Origin: Pseudomonadota bacterium
GTDB taxonomy: Bacteria; Pseudomonadota; Gammaproteobacteria; Enterobacterales; Alteromonadaceae
Assembly: GCA_040752955.1 (NCBI GenBank)
Contig: JBFMHG010000010.1
Span: 22,096 to 86,095 of the forward strand
Direction: 5' to 3'
Length of the DNA stretch: 64,000 bases
Made by a program: the position numbers and the translations under genes. Each line of letters starts with the position of its first letter. The first letter of the stretch is position 1. Shown here piece by piece: positions 37,031-47,164 of this stretch. The notes under the pieces were generated by a model that was given only the letters and a program-made list of their open reading frames with translations, searched no databases and was not told the DNA's origin.

Positions 37031-39964
37031 TTAAAAGAAGTAGCTAAAGGATACACGATAGTTACGGCCAAAAGCGTCGTGGTTAATAGAATCAAAGCCA
37101 CGTGCCGTGCCGTACACCGCCGGTGGGTCACGATCCAGCAGATTATCGACAGTGAAGTTTATTGAGGCATTTTCAAAGTCATAACCAATATTGGCGCGCA
37201 GTGTTGTCCAGGCTGAAACCTCACGCTCGCCATTTTCATCCAGCAGGCCGAGATCAGTCAGCTCGTCAATGTTACGGCCTCGGAGTCTGCTAATGTCATC
37301 TTGATATGACGAGGTATAAAGTGCTGTAAGCCCTACATAAACCGCTTCACCGCTCCAGGAAATACGTGCACTGGCAATGTTTTCCGGGTAGCGGAAGGTG
37401 CCAATAAGTGATTCAATTTCATCAGAGCCGGCTTTATTACGCTCAAAGCTGACATAATGTGTCCAGTCAGCATCCAGGCCTAAGCGCCCGCCTGCAAAAT
37501 CCAGCGTATGTGAAAAACGCAGATCGACACCTTTCACATCTTGCTGGCCGACGTTGTCTAACTGGATCACATGATCGCGCAGAAGCGGCAACTCGGCAAA
37601 ACGGGGCTCGTCAAAGGCTACCCAGGCATCCAGGATCTGCGCCATATTGGCGCCTTCATCTTCCACGGTCAGGCCTGCTTCATCAGTTACCAGGCACAGA
37701 TCCGGGTTATAAGCGATACCAGTTTCACCTTCAGGCACTAAACCACAATGGCGCACAGAGGCATCTGTTGCAGTTCTGGCGAGCATAGCCGTCAGGTCTG
37801 TGTCGACCAGTTTTTCGTGACTAAACTGCCAGTAGTCTACGGTTAGGGTAGTATTGTCGGTTGGGCTCCAGGCAAAACCAAAACTGACTGATTCTGAGGT
37901 CTCAGCTTGTAAATCCGCGTTGCCCAGCTCCAGCACATTCGGCCGGCGCACATCACCAAAGCCCTCACAGTACAAGTCAGCAACGGTTTGATTAGCACTA
38001 CAATCGTAGGTCGCTGTGGTTGTTCTTAATTTTACCCCTGCCTGAGTTAAAGAGGGCGCGCGGAACGAGGTTGCCCAAGATCCGCGAATGGCTAAGCTGT
38101 CATGTGGGCGCCAGGTCAGACCTACTTTAGGGTTAAACGTACTGCCAAAGTCGTCGTAATAGTCGTAACGGCCAGCAAGTTGTAATTCAACAGTATCGCT
38201 TAGCGGGGCATAAATTTCGGCAAAAGCCGCTGCTTGCGTACGGTCTGCTTCTGACAAGCTGGAGCCAAAACCAAACACGTCAACCAAATAACGATTTTCT
38301 GGTCGTGCTCTGGCATTTAACGACGGTGTATCGGTAATTTCTTCTTTGCGGGCTTCGATACCAAAGGCAGCACGGATAAAGTCATCATTAAACTCCATCA
38401 GGTCACCGCTAAAACGTAAGTCCCAGCCATAAACCGTGCTCTTACCATCCCGTGTCGGCACTTCTTGTGCGTTTGACAGTAGCGCATCGTTTGCAGGATC
38501 ATTTTGTAACAGCGGATTAAATGCCGCCAGTAACTGGCCTGAAGAGCAGCTTAAGCCCATATCCTCGTCAAAATTGGCGATACTGCCGTCGCTGCACAGT
38601 TCACCATGCACCAAAGCACTGTATTTATAACGATTGTAGATACCTGCAATGGCTTTCTGTTTAGATTTGGATTGCGACAGCAGAATGGCCGATTCCCATT
38701 GCCAATTAGCAATATCACCGCCCAGTGAGCTGGTTAGGCGGAAAGAGTCGGTTTTATTTTCAATAGTACGTGGGTCATTGAAGCGGGCACTGTATTGAAA
38801 GCCCCACAATTCCTGACCGGCTAAGGTATCAAACGGGTCTATCCACAGCTCATCATACAAGAAGTCTACGTAGTCTGCCGGGTAGATGTCTAATGCCGTT
38901 TCTGGCACCCAGGCACCGTGATCAGGGTTAATTTGCTCGACCTGTTCTATCGGCGCTGGTGACGATATGGCAGTTGACTTGGTTGTGCTGAAGAAAAAGT
39001 CAGTATTCCACACTAAACCATTAATATCTTTCGTATAAATAAAGCCGGCTGATTGGCTTTCAAATGGGCTTTCCAGCTGATCATCCTGATTGCCATAGTA
39101 AGCACAGATTTCTTCGCCTAACTCAGTTGTTACCAGTGGGCTGGTACAATCGGGATTACCTATTTCATTACCACTGACAACAGAATAGTAATTGATGTTG
39201 GCACCATCACGCAGCTTGGGCAAATACGAGTAATTACTTTGTAAGGCCGGCTGTTTGGTAAAGTCGCGATCTGACGCCATATAGCCTTCGCGATCAAAAA
39301 GATCAGCGAACACGGTTAAGTTGCCGCCGGCAATATTGGTTCCAAATAGCAGGTTGGCGTTGACAGTGGCATCATTGGAAGACGCTGTGCTGTTGGCATA
39401 AGACAGTGTAACCTCAGCACCCTCATAATCCTTTTTCAGGATGTAGTTGATAACACCGGCCACGGCATCAGCACCGTAAATGGCTGATGCACCAGTGGCC
39501 AGTACTTCCACGCGTTCTATAGCCGCCAGCGGAATGCTATTAATATCAACAAAATTTTGTGTTCCTGCAGCAAACGATGATGCTGCAACGCGACGCCCGT
39601 TAATCAGGGTTAACGTAGAGGACGGGCCAAGCCCGCGCAGTGACGCTGCTGCCTGGCCAGCTGGAGTAGATGTTGAGGTTGCGCCGCTTTCTGAGGTGGA
39701 AAAGGTGCCTGTACCCCCACGCACCTGCCCTAAATCTTGCAGTAGCTCATATACTGAGTTTGCACCGGAGTTTTTAATATCATCGGCCGAGATAACAACC
39801 AACGGCTGGGTGCCTTCGAGATCAACACCTTTAATGCGTGAGCCGGTAACTTCGATTTTCTCAATCTTTTGTTCTTCTTTGGCCACTTCCTCAGCAGCAA
39901 CAAACAATGGCATGGCGAAAAAGCTGCCGGCAATAGCCAGCGCTAAAGGAGATAACTTGTGCAT
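37031..39964 (-). CDS. TonB-dependent receptor (candidate cyanophycin/beta-Asp-Arg uptake)
   Basis: Signal peptide, IEVTGSRI TonB box, LRGLG..TLTLINGRR, IERVEVL..GASAIYGADAVAGVIN plug, terminal Phe. Confidence 0.92.
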   Translation of the reverse strand: MHKLSPLALAIAGSFFAMPLFVAAEEVAKEEQKIEKIEVTGSRIKGVDLEGTQPLVVISADDIKNSGANSVYELLQDLGQVRGGTGTFSTSESGATSTSTPAGQAAASLRGLGPSSTLTLINGRRVAASSFAAGTQNFVDINSIPLAAIERVEVLATGASAIYGADAVAGVINYILKKDYEGAEVTLSYANSTASSNDATVNANLLFGTNIAGGNLTVFADLFDREGYMASDRDFTKQPALQSNYSYLPKLRDGANINYYSVVSGNEIGNPDCTSPLVTTELGEEICAYYGNQDDQLESPFESQSAGFIYTKDINGLVWNTDFFFSTTKSTAISSPAPIEQVEQINPDHGAWVPETALDIYPADYVDFLYDELWIDPFDTLAGQELWGFQYSARFNDPRTIENKTDSFRLTSSLGGDIANWQWESAILLSQSKSKQKAIAGIYNRYKYSALVHGELCSDGSIANFDEDMGLSCSSGQLLAAFNPLLQNDPANDALLSNAQEVPTRDGKSTVYGWDLRFSGDLMEFNDDFIRAAFGIEARKEEITDTPSLNARARPENRYLVDVFGFGSSLSEADRTQAAAFAEIYAPLSDTVELQLAGRYDYYDDFGSTFNPKVGLTWRPHDSLAIRGSWATSFRAPSLTQAGVKLRTTTATYDCSANQTVADLYCEGFGDVRRPNVLELGNADLQAETSESVSFGFAWSPTDNTTLTVDYWQFSHEKLVDTDLTAMLARTATDASVRHCGLVPEGETGIAYNPDLCLVTDEAGLTVEDEGANMAQILDAWVAFDEPRFAELPLLRDHVIQLDNVGQQDVKGVDLRFSHTLDFAGGRLGLDADWTHYVSFERNKAGSDEIESLIGTFRYPENIASARISWSGEAVYVGLTALYTSSYQDDISRLRGRNIDELTDLGLLDENGEREVSAWTTLRANIGYDFENASINFTVDNLLDRDPPAVYGTARGFDSINHDAFGRNYRVSFSYFF

Positions 39965-40330
39965 AAAAAATACCTGTCTTTATTTGCTCAGGCGCACGGC
40001 AGCATACGCCAGGCCCGACTTATCATTATTAATTTGAGTTATTGGTTTGCAGGAATAGCCCTGCCAGACACGGTTTAGTGCCTGACATGTGTCTACTCGT
40101 TAAACCACTCCGACAGGTAGTAAGACGAGTAATGATACGAACTTAGCGCGAAGGCTTTTTTCAGCATATCGTTACCGGAAAATGAACGTTAAATGAATTT
40201 AACAGCACTATTAGAATTACTGCTAATTGGCAAAGAAGTCAATACAGGATAATCTATGCACATTAAATTTTATTCCGCGCCGGGTAACAGGCCCAGGCAA
40301 CTATCTGCGCTTACGATAAGAAAGAGAATA

Positions 40331-42175
40331 ATGAGATCACTAAGTTTTTACCTTTCTGCGGCTTTACTGGCCAGTTCAGCCTCGGCTGCCAATGTTAACG
40401 GCGAAAGAAAGCTGCCCGAATACTCTATGGTATTGGTGGGCGGTGGTATGCAAATTTGCTCTTCGGTGAGCAATCGCTATTGCTCTGCGGCTGATACCTT
40501 CACAGCTGCAGCGAAGTCTGCCGAGCAGTATTTGTTGTCGGAGCAGCACCTGGCCAATATTGCTGATAGCAGTTTCTGGGGCGAAGAGCGGGTGATTGAG
40601 CAGCAACAAACGCTGGCGCTGCTTGAGTTTATCCGCAGCCGCCAAGCCGGTGAACCCATGACAGAGCGCGAGTTGTTGCGGCAGTGGCGAGGCGCCGAGA
40701 TAGAAATAGACGGTATTTGGGTGTCGGGCAGAACTAATTATGCCGCTTTGACCGACCGTGAGCGTAACTTTGTGCTCGACCAGCTGCAAATTATGGCCAG
40801 TGCAGACACTGGGGGCCGCCGCGCGACTACGCGACAACGAGAATTTGCTGATTTGGCGCAAACCAGCGATGCCTTTACCGTAGAGATTGTGCGTAAAATT
40901 GTCGATTTAGCGCAGCAGGTTAGTGGCCCGCAGCGTAAGCCGCGACTGCTGGTGGTCACTGCTTCAGGACGCGACCCCTTTGCTGCGGTAGATATGTACA
41001 CCAATCTGTTTAGCGAAGCCGGCGCCGAGGTAACCTGGTTACCGATCAATGCAGCCTATCAGGCGGCGCAGCAAAATAAAGCCAATAATTCGCCATCTTG
41101 TGAGCAGTTGCCGCAATACCTGGCGGCTTATCATGGCACTTATCAGCGCGCGCGGGTATACCCCGATTTGATGCAACAGTTTGAGCGGTTTTGCCAACAG
41201 GGTACATCAGCTGCGGTAGAGCTTATTCGTCGCTCGGATGCTGTTTTCATTAATGGTGGAGACCAAAGCCTGACATTACAAGCATTTCGTCAGGACGATG
41301 GCACCGCAACGGAGGAGCTGAAACAACTGGAGTCGATGTTGGCCGCCGGCCAGATCATTGTAGCCGGTACCAGTGCCGGTAGTGCTGTGATGGCAGGAGG
41401 GAGCTATCAGGGACGCAAAACGCCGATGATTACAAATGGTGATAGCTACAGCGCTATGCAATTCGGTGCTTTTGATTTGCCCGCACCACAAAGTGGCTGT
41501 GACAGAGATCAAAGCTGCGCTAATGGGCTGGGCGAAAACCATCTAACCTACAGCGGTGCTGGTGGCCTTGGCTTGTTCAACTGGGGTGTACTGGATACGC
41601 ATTTCTCTGAGCGCGGCCGCCAGGCGCGCTTAGTACGGTTGCAACATGATACGCAAACCCGTTTTGGTTTTGGTATTGACGAAAATACAGCCTTATTAGT
41701 CGGTTTTGACCGGGCCGAAAATGCTCCTGAAGTAAAAATGGCGGTGCTGGGTGAAGCAGGTGTCTTTGTTGCTGATATGCAGCAAGCGCAAAGCAGTGGT
41801 GAGGGCAGTGCCAGCCAGATTGAAAAAGTCAGTACGCATTACTTGACGCGTGATGACATGCTGGAAATTAAAGACGGTGTAATGCGTACCCGTTTTGCTG
41901 ACTGGAAGTTTGCACCTAATAATAACCAGTCGCCGCTATTAAGCTCTGGCGAGTTGTTCGAACGTGATAATTATCGCCAGCTGGCACAGCTGCTTTGCCT
42001 GACACAAAGCCGACAGGCGCAGGGGCGCGCGGTGCGGGTGGGGCAAGGGCATCAACTTACCCTGAGCAAAGATATGACCACTTATGCGCGTCAGGGCCTG
42101 TACCGTCAAGCCGGTACTGAAGTGCAGTACTGCTCATACCGCAACGTTTTGCTGGATATGGCCCCGGCAAACTAA
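40331..42175 (+). CDS. Secreted/periplasmic cyanophycinase (peptidase S51, CphE-like), 614 aa
   Basis: Signal peptide MRSLSFYLSAALLASSASA; LVGGG, GGDQ, GTSAG (Ser), LDTHFSERGRQARL (His), GIDENT (Glu). Confidence 0.85.
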   Translation: MRSLSFYLSAALLASSASAANVNGERKLPEYSMVLVGGGMQICSSVSNRYCSAADTFTAAAKSAEQYLLSEQHLANIADSSFWGEERVIEQQQTLALLEFIRSRQAGEPMTERELLRQWRGAEIEIDGIWVSGRTNYAALTDRERNFVLDQLQIMASADTGGRRATTRQREFADLAQTSDAFTVEIVRKIVDLAQQVSGPQRKPRLLVVTASGRDPFAAVDMYTNLFSEAGAEVTWLPINAAYQAAQQNKANNSPSCEQLPQYLAAYHGTYQRARVYPDLMQQFERFCQQGTSAAVELIRRSDAVFINGGDQSLTLQAFRQDDGTATEELKQLESMLAAGQIIVAGTSAGSAVMAGGSYQGRKTPMITNGDSYSAMQFGAFDLPAPQSGCDRDQSCANGLGENHLTYSGAGGLGLFNWGVLDTHFSERGRQARLVRLQHDTQTRFGFGIDENTALLVGFDRAENAPEVKMAVLGEAGVFVADMQQAQSSGEGSASQIEKVSTHYLTRDDMLEIKDGVMRTRFADWKFAPNNNQSPLLSSGELFERDNYRQLAQLLCLTQSRQAQGRAVRVGQGHQLTLSKDMTTYARQGLYRQAGTEVQYCSYRNVLLDMAPAN

Positions 42176-42200
42176 CAGCACTCTGCGAGGTGTTAACCTG

Positions 42201-44489
42201 ATGCAAGGTCCGGTTCACCCCCAGGTCAGGAGCTTTGCTAATGGCATTCGCACCTGGGGCAAGCTAAAGCTGGCACTGTTGTGCCAGCTTTTGTTATTGC
42301 TGCTGAGCGGTCTTGCCTGCGTTGCTCTAAATATGGTGCTATACAACAGTATTGCCTGGCCACAGGTACAAGCGGTACTGGGTATTACCCTGCTACTTGG
42401 CCCTGCCGTTATTGCCATTGTGTTTTATTTAGTACTGCATCTGGATGCAGCCCTGTCTTACTTAGAAGACTCTGCCCACCAGGAGCGTTTGCTAAATGAA
42501 GGGATGCAAGACAATATCCGCCAGCTTAACTTTGAAATTGAAGAGCGAAAAAAAGCCTTTCAGGCCAAACGCCGTGCAGTAGATGAGCTGCGTAAGGAAA
42601 TTGCCGAGCGTAAAAAAGCCCAGATAGAGTTAGAAGAGCAAAGTTTACTGATCCGCTCTATTGTCGACAGCTCCCCCGACTTGTTTTACTACCGTGATGA
42701 AACTGGCCGCTTTGCCAGTTGCAATAAAATGTTTGAAGCGATTATGGGCAAACCTGCCAGTGAACTGATTGGCCGTTTGCCTGCCGATATTTACACTGAT
42801 GATAGTGCGCAAGCCGCTATCCTGACCGAGCATGAGCTGCACATGCAGCCCTCTGAGCTGACACTGGATGTCGAGTTTATCAAAGAGGATGGCCAGGTAT
42901 TGTGGTTTGAGATGCGCAAGGTGCCATTTTACGATCGCCACGGCCGTTACATTGGTTTGCTTGGCTTTGGTCGTGATATTACTTCGCGCAAGCTGGCCGA
43001 GCAGGCGCTGGAAAAAGCCTATCAGGACAAAGGCAAGTTTATTGCGACCTTAAGCCATGAGCTACGCACACCGCTAAACGGTATAGTGGGGTTAAGCCGG
43101 CGCTTGCTGGAAAGCAAGCTCACCAAGCAGCAGCACGGCTGGGCGAATACTATTTTTAGCAGTGCAGAAACCCTGGGTAATATTTTTAATGACATTATCG
43201 ATCTGGATAAAATCGACCGGCAGGATCTGGATATTGTTTATCAAAGCGTCGCCTTTAAACCCTTTATTAATGACATTGCTAACTTTGCCGAGCTGTTGTG
43301 TCAGCAAAAGGGCCTGCAATTTAATTTGCAGGTAGATGCTTTAGATGATGTCTATCTGCGGCTTGATCCAACCCGTTTGCGGCAGGTGTTGTGGAACCTG
43401 CTGAATAACGCCGTTAAGTTCACCAGCAGAGGCAGTGTTAGTTTAAGCTGTCAGCTCAGTGCACAGTGCGACCAGCTTCGCTTTGAAGTCAGTGATACCG
43501 GTATAGGTATAGCGGCCCAAGAGCAAGAGCGCATTTTTGATATGTATTACAAGTCTAACGACGGGCGCCGCCTAAGTATTATGGGCTCGGGCATTGGCTT
43601 GTCGGTGTCACGTGCCCTGGTTGAGGCAATGCAGGGCCAAATTAGCGTGAACAGCATTAGTGGCGAGGGCAGTCGTTTTAATGTGACGCTGCCAACAGCT
43701 GCAGCACAGCAAGAGCTGCAGCCCGCGATTAGTTGTCCGGAGTTGACCATATTGCTGGTAGAAGATGTGCCGCTTAACGCTGAAATCGCCACCGGCTTGT
43801 TGGAGCAGCGTGGTCACACTGTCGTGCTGGCAGAAACCGGTGAAGATGCCATCGCACTGCTGGAAACCGAAGATGATATCGATTTGGTGCTGCTGGATAT
43901 GCAGTTGCCTGATATGGGCGGCGAGCAAGTTGCGCACTATATTCGCCAGGAGCAGCACCTGGCAGCCTTGCCCATAGTGGTATTAAGCGCCAATGTGCGT
44001 AAAGCGGAGCAGCAATTAGAGGGCATACAAATAGAGGGCGCTCTGGCTAAGCCTATTAACACCCCCAAGCTTGACCAGATGCTGGCGCAGCTGTTCTCGC
44101 CCAGTGCGGTAAAAGTGCAACACCAGACGCCTGGCAGCAACCAGAGTGACACCGAGGTATTAGACAGCGCCACCCTGAATGATTATCTGCAGTCGCTTGG
44201 TAAAGATGCAATGAAGCGCAGTGCACAATTATTTGCTCAGTTATTGCCAGGTTATATCAACCGGATGATGGAAACAGCGCTACAGAAACAGGCAAAGGAG
44301 TTTCAGGAGGCGGCGCATAAACTTAAAGGTGCTGCAGCATCGGTGGGCTTGCTATGGGTGCAGCAGCAGGCTAAGCGGTTTGAACAAGAGCCGGTAAACT
44401 GGCAAGGGTTAGAGCGGCAACTGGTGGATTTTCACTTAAAAACAGAGCAGCACCTGGCTGCCCTGTCTGAGTTTATCGAACAAGCTTAA
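42201..44489 (+). CDS. arcB: Aerobic respiration control sensor kinase
   Basis: Two TMs, coiled coil, PAS (SPDLFYYR..CN), SHELRTPLNGIVGLSR, HATPase, receiver, HPt (AHKLKGAAASVGL). Confidence 0.92.
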   Translation: MQGPVHPQVRSFANGIRTWGKLKLALLCQLLLLLLSGLACVALNMVLYNSIAWPQVQAVLGITLLLGPAVIAIVFYLVLHLDAALSYLEDSAHQERLLNEGMQDNIRQLNFEIEERKKAFQAKRRAVDELRKEIAERKKAQIELEEQSLLIRSIVDSSPDLFYYRDETGRFASCNKMFEAIMGKPASELIGRLPADIYTDDSAQAAILTEHELHMQPSELTLDVEFIKEDGQVLWFEMRKVPFYDRHGRYIGLLGFGRDITSRKLAEQALEKAYQDKGKFIATLSHELRTPLNGIVGLSRRLLESKLTKQQHGWANTIFSSAETLGNIFNDIIDLDKIDRQDLDIVYQSVAFKPFINDIANFAELLCQQKGLQFNLQVDALDDVYLRLDPTRLRQVLWNLLNNAVKFTSRGSVSLSCQLSAQCDQLRFEVSDTGIGIAAQEQERIFDMYYKSNDGRRLSIMGSGIGLSVSRALVEAMQGQISVNSISGEGSRFNVTLPTAAAQQELQPAISCPELTILLVEDVPLNAEIATGLLEQRGHTVVLAETGEDAIALLETEDDIDLVLLDMQLPDMGGEQVAHYIRQEQHLAALPIVVLSANVRKAEQQLEGIQIEGALAKPINTPKLDQMLAQLFSPSAVKVQHQTPGSNQSDTEVLDSATLNDYLQSLGKDAMKRSAQLFAQLLPGYINRMMETALQKQAKEFQEAAHKLKGAAASVGLLWVQQQAKRFEQEPVNWQGLERQLVDFHLKTEQHLAALSEFIEQA

Positions 44490-44492
44490 AAT

Positions 44493-45200
44493 TTACTTTT
44501 CCAGCTTGCCGACAAAACGGTAACCTTCACCGTGAATAGTGCTGATTAACTCCGGGCTGTCGATATCCGATTCAAAGTGTTTACGGATGCGGCGAATAGT
44601 CACATCTACAGTGCGGTCATTCGGGCGTAAATCACGGCCGGTCATATGACGGATCAACTGCTCGCGGGTAAAGATTTTACCGGGTGTATCTAACATTAAC
44701 CGCAAAGCGCGGTATTCGCCTTTCGGCAACCTACGCGCCACGCCTTTTGGCGAGGTTAAATTGCGGCTATTTTCATCCAGTGTCCAGCCATTAAACTTAA
44801 CCACGCTTTTGTGCTCTTCAACCACAGGTTGCGCTACAGTGCGATTTAACAGGTTACGTGCACGAATTGTCAGTTCACGCGGGTTAAACGGTTTGGTCAG
44901 GTAATCGTCGGCGCCAATTTCCAGACCTAAAATACGGTCTACTTCACTGTCGCGGCCGGTTAAAAAGATCAAACCGATGTTTTCTTTCTGGCGTAACTCC
45001 CTCGCCAAAATCAGGCCGTTTTTACCCGGCAGATTAATATCCATGACAACCAGGCTAACTTTATTTTCGGTTAGCTTCTGATTCATTTCCTCGCCATTTA
45101 CCGCTTCGATTACATCATAGCCTTCGCCCTGAAACAGGCTGACCAGATTAAGGCGGGTTACTTCTTCGTCTTCAACGATCAGAATCACAGGTGTTTGCAT
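44493..45200 (-). CDS. arcA: Two-component response regulator ArcA
   Basis: [63 protein letters not shown]. Confidence 0.96.
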   Translation of the reverse strand: MQTPVILIVEDEEVTRLNLVSLFQGEGYDVIEAVNGEEMNQKLTENKVSLVVMDINLPGKNGLILARELRQKENIGLIFLTGRDSEVDRILGLEIGADDYLTKPFNPRELTIRARNLLNRTVAQPVVEEHKSVVKFNGWTLDENSRNLTSPKGVARRLPKGEYRALRLMLDTPGKIFTREQLIRHMTGRDLRPNDRTVDVTIRRIRKHFESDIDSPELISTIHGEGYRFVGKLEK

Positions 45201-45399
45201 TGGAGTTAAACCTTATGTGAATTTTGTTAATCTTGTGAGATTTTAACGTTTTATAGATGACGTGCAATTGTCAAATAATACGCAATTATAACCATCCGCC
45301 CAAATGTTAACAAGTTTTTTGTTAACAATTAGTCTTTTCTAATATTTAAATCTGCTCTGTCAGTCGGCAATTGTTGTCTATGTTATTGATTAAATTTAA

Positions 45400-47022
45400 T
45401 TAATTTTTAATCACGATAACCGGAAAATCGATCTGAAAACGCACGCCCTGGCCCAGCGTACTATCGAGGACTATTTTGCCATTTAAGGCCTGAGTCACCA
45501 GGTTATAGACCAGATGTAAACCCAGACCGCTGCCGCCTTCACCTCTTTTGGTGGTAACAAAGGGGTCGAAGATACGCTTTTTAATCGTTTCTGGTACGCC
45601 GGCGCCGTTATCCCGGTACACCAGCTGGCAGTGGTTATTGTTTACGCTAACGTCAATCGTAATTTCACCTTGCTCGATATGTTCAAAGGCATGGATCAGG
45701 CTGTTCATGATTAGATTAATCAGGATTTGGTTAATCGGGCCGGGTTTACTGTCCAGCTCCAGTTCTGCCGGGCAGTTAATGAGCACCTGATGTTGAGTTT
45801 TCTTTAAATTCGGTCTAAGTGATAACAGCACCTCATTGATAAGCTGCAGCATATTAAATTGACGGCGATTCTCGTTAGACTGATCTACTGCCACCCGTTT
45901 AAAACTGGAGATCAGACTGGCCGCCCGTTCCATATTGCGATAGATAATGCCCAGGTTTTCTTTGCTTTCTGACAAAAATTTCGCCAGTTGTGACGAGGTG
46001 AGTTTTTTTTCATCAAAGGCTTTTTGAATATCAGCCAGCTTATCCTGCAGTAAGGTTGAAGCGGTAACACCAAGGCCAATCGGCGTATTAACCTCATGCG
46101 CCACACCTGCGACCATCTGGCCCAGGCTGGCCATTTTTTCGGTTTCAACAATCTGGTTTTGGTATTGATGCAGTGTCGACAGGGTGTTTAACAGCTCCTG
46201 ATTCGAGGTTTTTAACGCTTCGGTGCGCTGCTCAATTTTTTGCTCCAGACTTAGCGTTAGCTGGCGGTTTTCCTGCTCGGCCTGTTGCAGTTTACTAATT
46301 TGCTGCTCGATACGATCCAGCATGGTATTAAAGGCGCGGCTTAGCATGTTGTATTCTTTTATTGGCGCTATCGGCGCCCGGACCTGATAGTTTTTTTCCT
46401 TGGCTACTTTTTGCACTACATTAAGTAGGGTGTCGATCGGGCTGGTAAAACGCTGCTGCAGGCGGGCACTAATAAAAAATGCACTGCCAAGTGCGACCAG
46501 CGCGATAAGAATATCCAACAGAATACGGGTTTGAATATAAGCACTGAGTTCTTCCTGACTGGCCCTCAGATAGACATAACCCAGAACCTCTTTGTCGTGG
46601 GTAATGGCTTTAGTCAGTTCAATATAATTGGCACTGATGTAAGGCTTTAGCAGCTGCTGCACCCGTTCAAACTGCACCGGGTAGGGGCCAACGCCATCGC
46701 GGTTATAGCTGGCAAAAAAGCTAAGTTCATCGCCGGGCGTCAGCTTTTTGTAGATATGAATGTTATGCAGCATATCAACGGCATTAAAAGAGTTAAGCCG
46801 GTTGTCTTCGATGTCGGCATCGTCCTGCAAAATACTGCTTTTGGCGTTAAAAGCGATAATGCTGACATAGCCGTCGAGCTGTGCAACGAGCTTTTTTCGC
46901 TGTAGCTTCACATCCTGCGTGGCTGATACCACCATTGCCAGGCACAGTGTCAGGCTGCAAATAAGCATGATTACCCAAATTAATGCACTCTTAATCGATG
47001 TTGTTTTATCTATGGCAATCAT
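45400..47022 (-). CDS. Membrane sensor histidine kinase (periplasmic sensor, HAMP, HisKA, HATPase)
   Basis: EKMASLGQMVAGVAHEVNTP H-box; DPFVTTKRGEGGSGLGL G-boxes. Confidence 0.92.
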   Translation of the reverse strand: MIAIDKTTSIKSALIWVIMLICSLTLCLAMVVSATQDVKLQRKKLVAQLDGYVSIIAFNAKSSILQDDADIEDNRLNSFNAVDMLHNIHIYKKLTPGDELSFFASYNRDGVGPYPVQFERVQQLLKPYISANYIELTKAITHDKEVLGYVYLRASQEELSAYIQTRILLDILIALVALGSAFFISARLQQRFTSPIDTLLNVVQKVAKEKNYQVRAPIAPIKEYNMLSRAFNTMLDRIEQQISKLQQAEQENRQLTLSLEQKIEQRTEALKTSNQELLNTLSTLHQYQNQIVETEKMASLGQMVAGVAHEVNTPIGLGVTASTLLQDKLADIQKAFDEKKLTSSQLAKFLSESKENLGIIYRNMERAASLISSFKRVAVDQSNENRRQFNMLQLINEVLLSLRPNLKKTQHQVLINCPAELELDSKPGPINQILINLIMNSLIHAFEHIEQGEITIDVSVNNNHCQLVYRDNGAGVPETIKKRIFDPFVTTKRGEGGSGLGLHLVYNLVTQALNGKIVLDSTLGQGVRFQIDFPVIVIKN

Positions 47023-47164
47023 TCAGTTATCTCTATGCCGATGCAGGATTTAGCAGTGTACGTCTGCATTGATGTTATGCACATTAGCGCAATTTAGCAA
47101 ACCGCACTGGCAAATTTAGCAAAGCCGTTTATAGTAGAGGCACTTGTTACTTTTGGGTTTGGTT

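Noticed and set aside
40245-40278. Tandem ARG boxes upstream of the cyanophycinase
   Set aside because: Only half-site matches with non-canonical spacing
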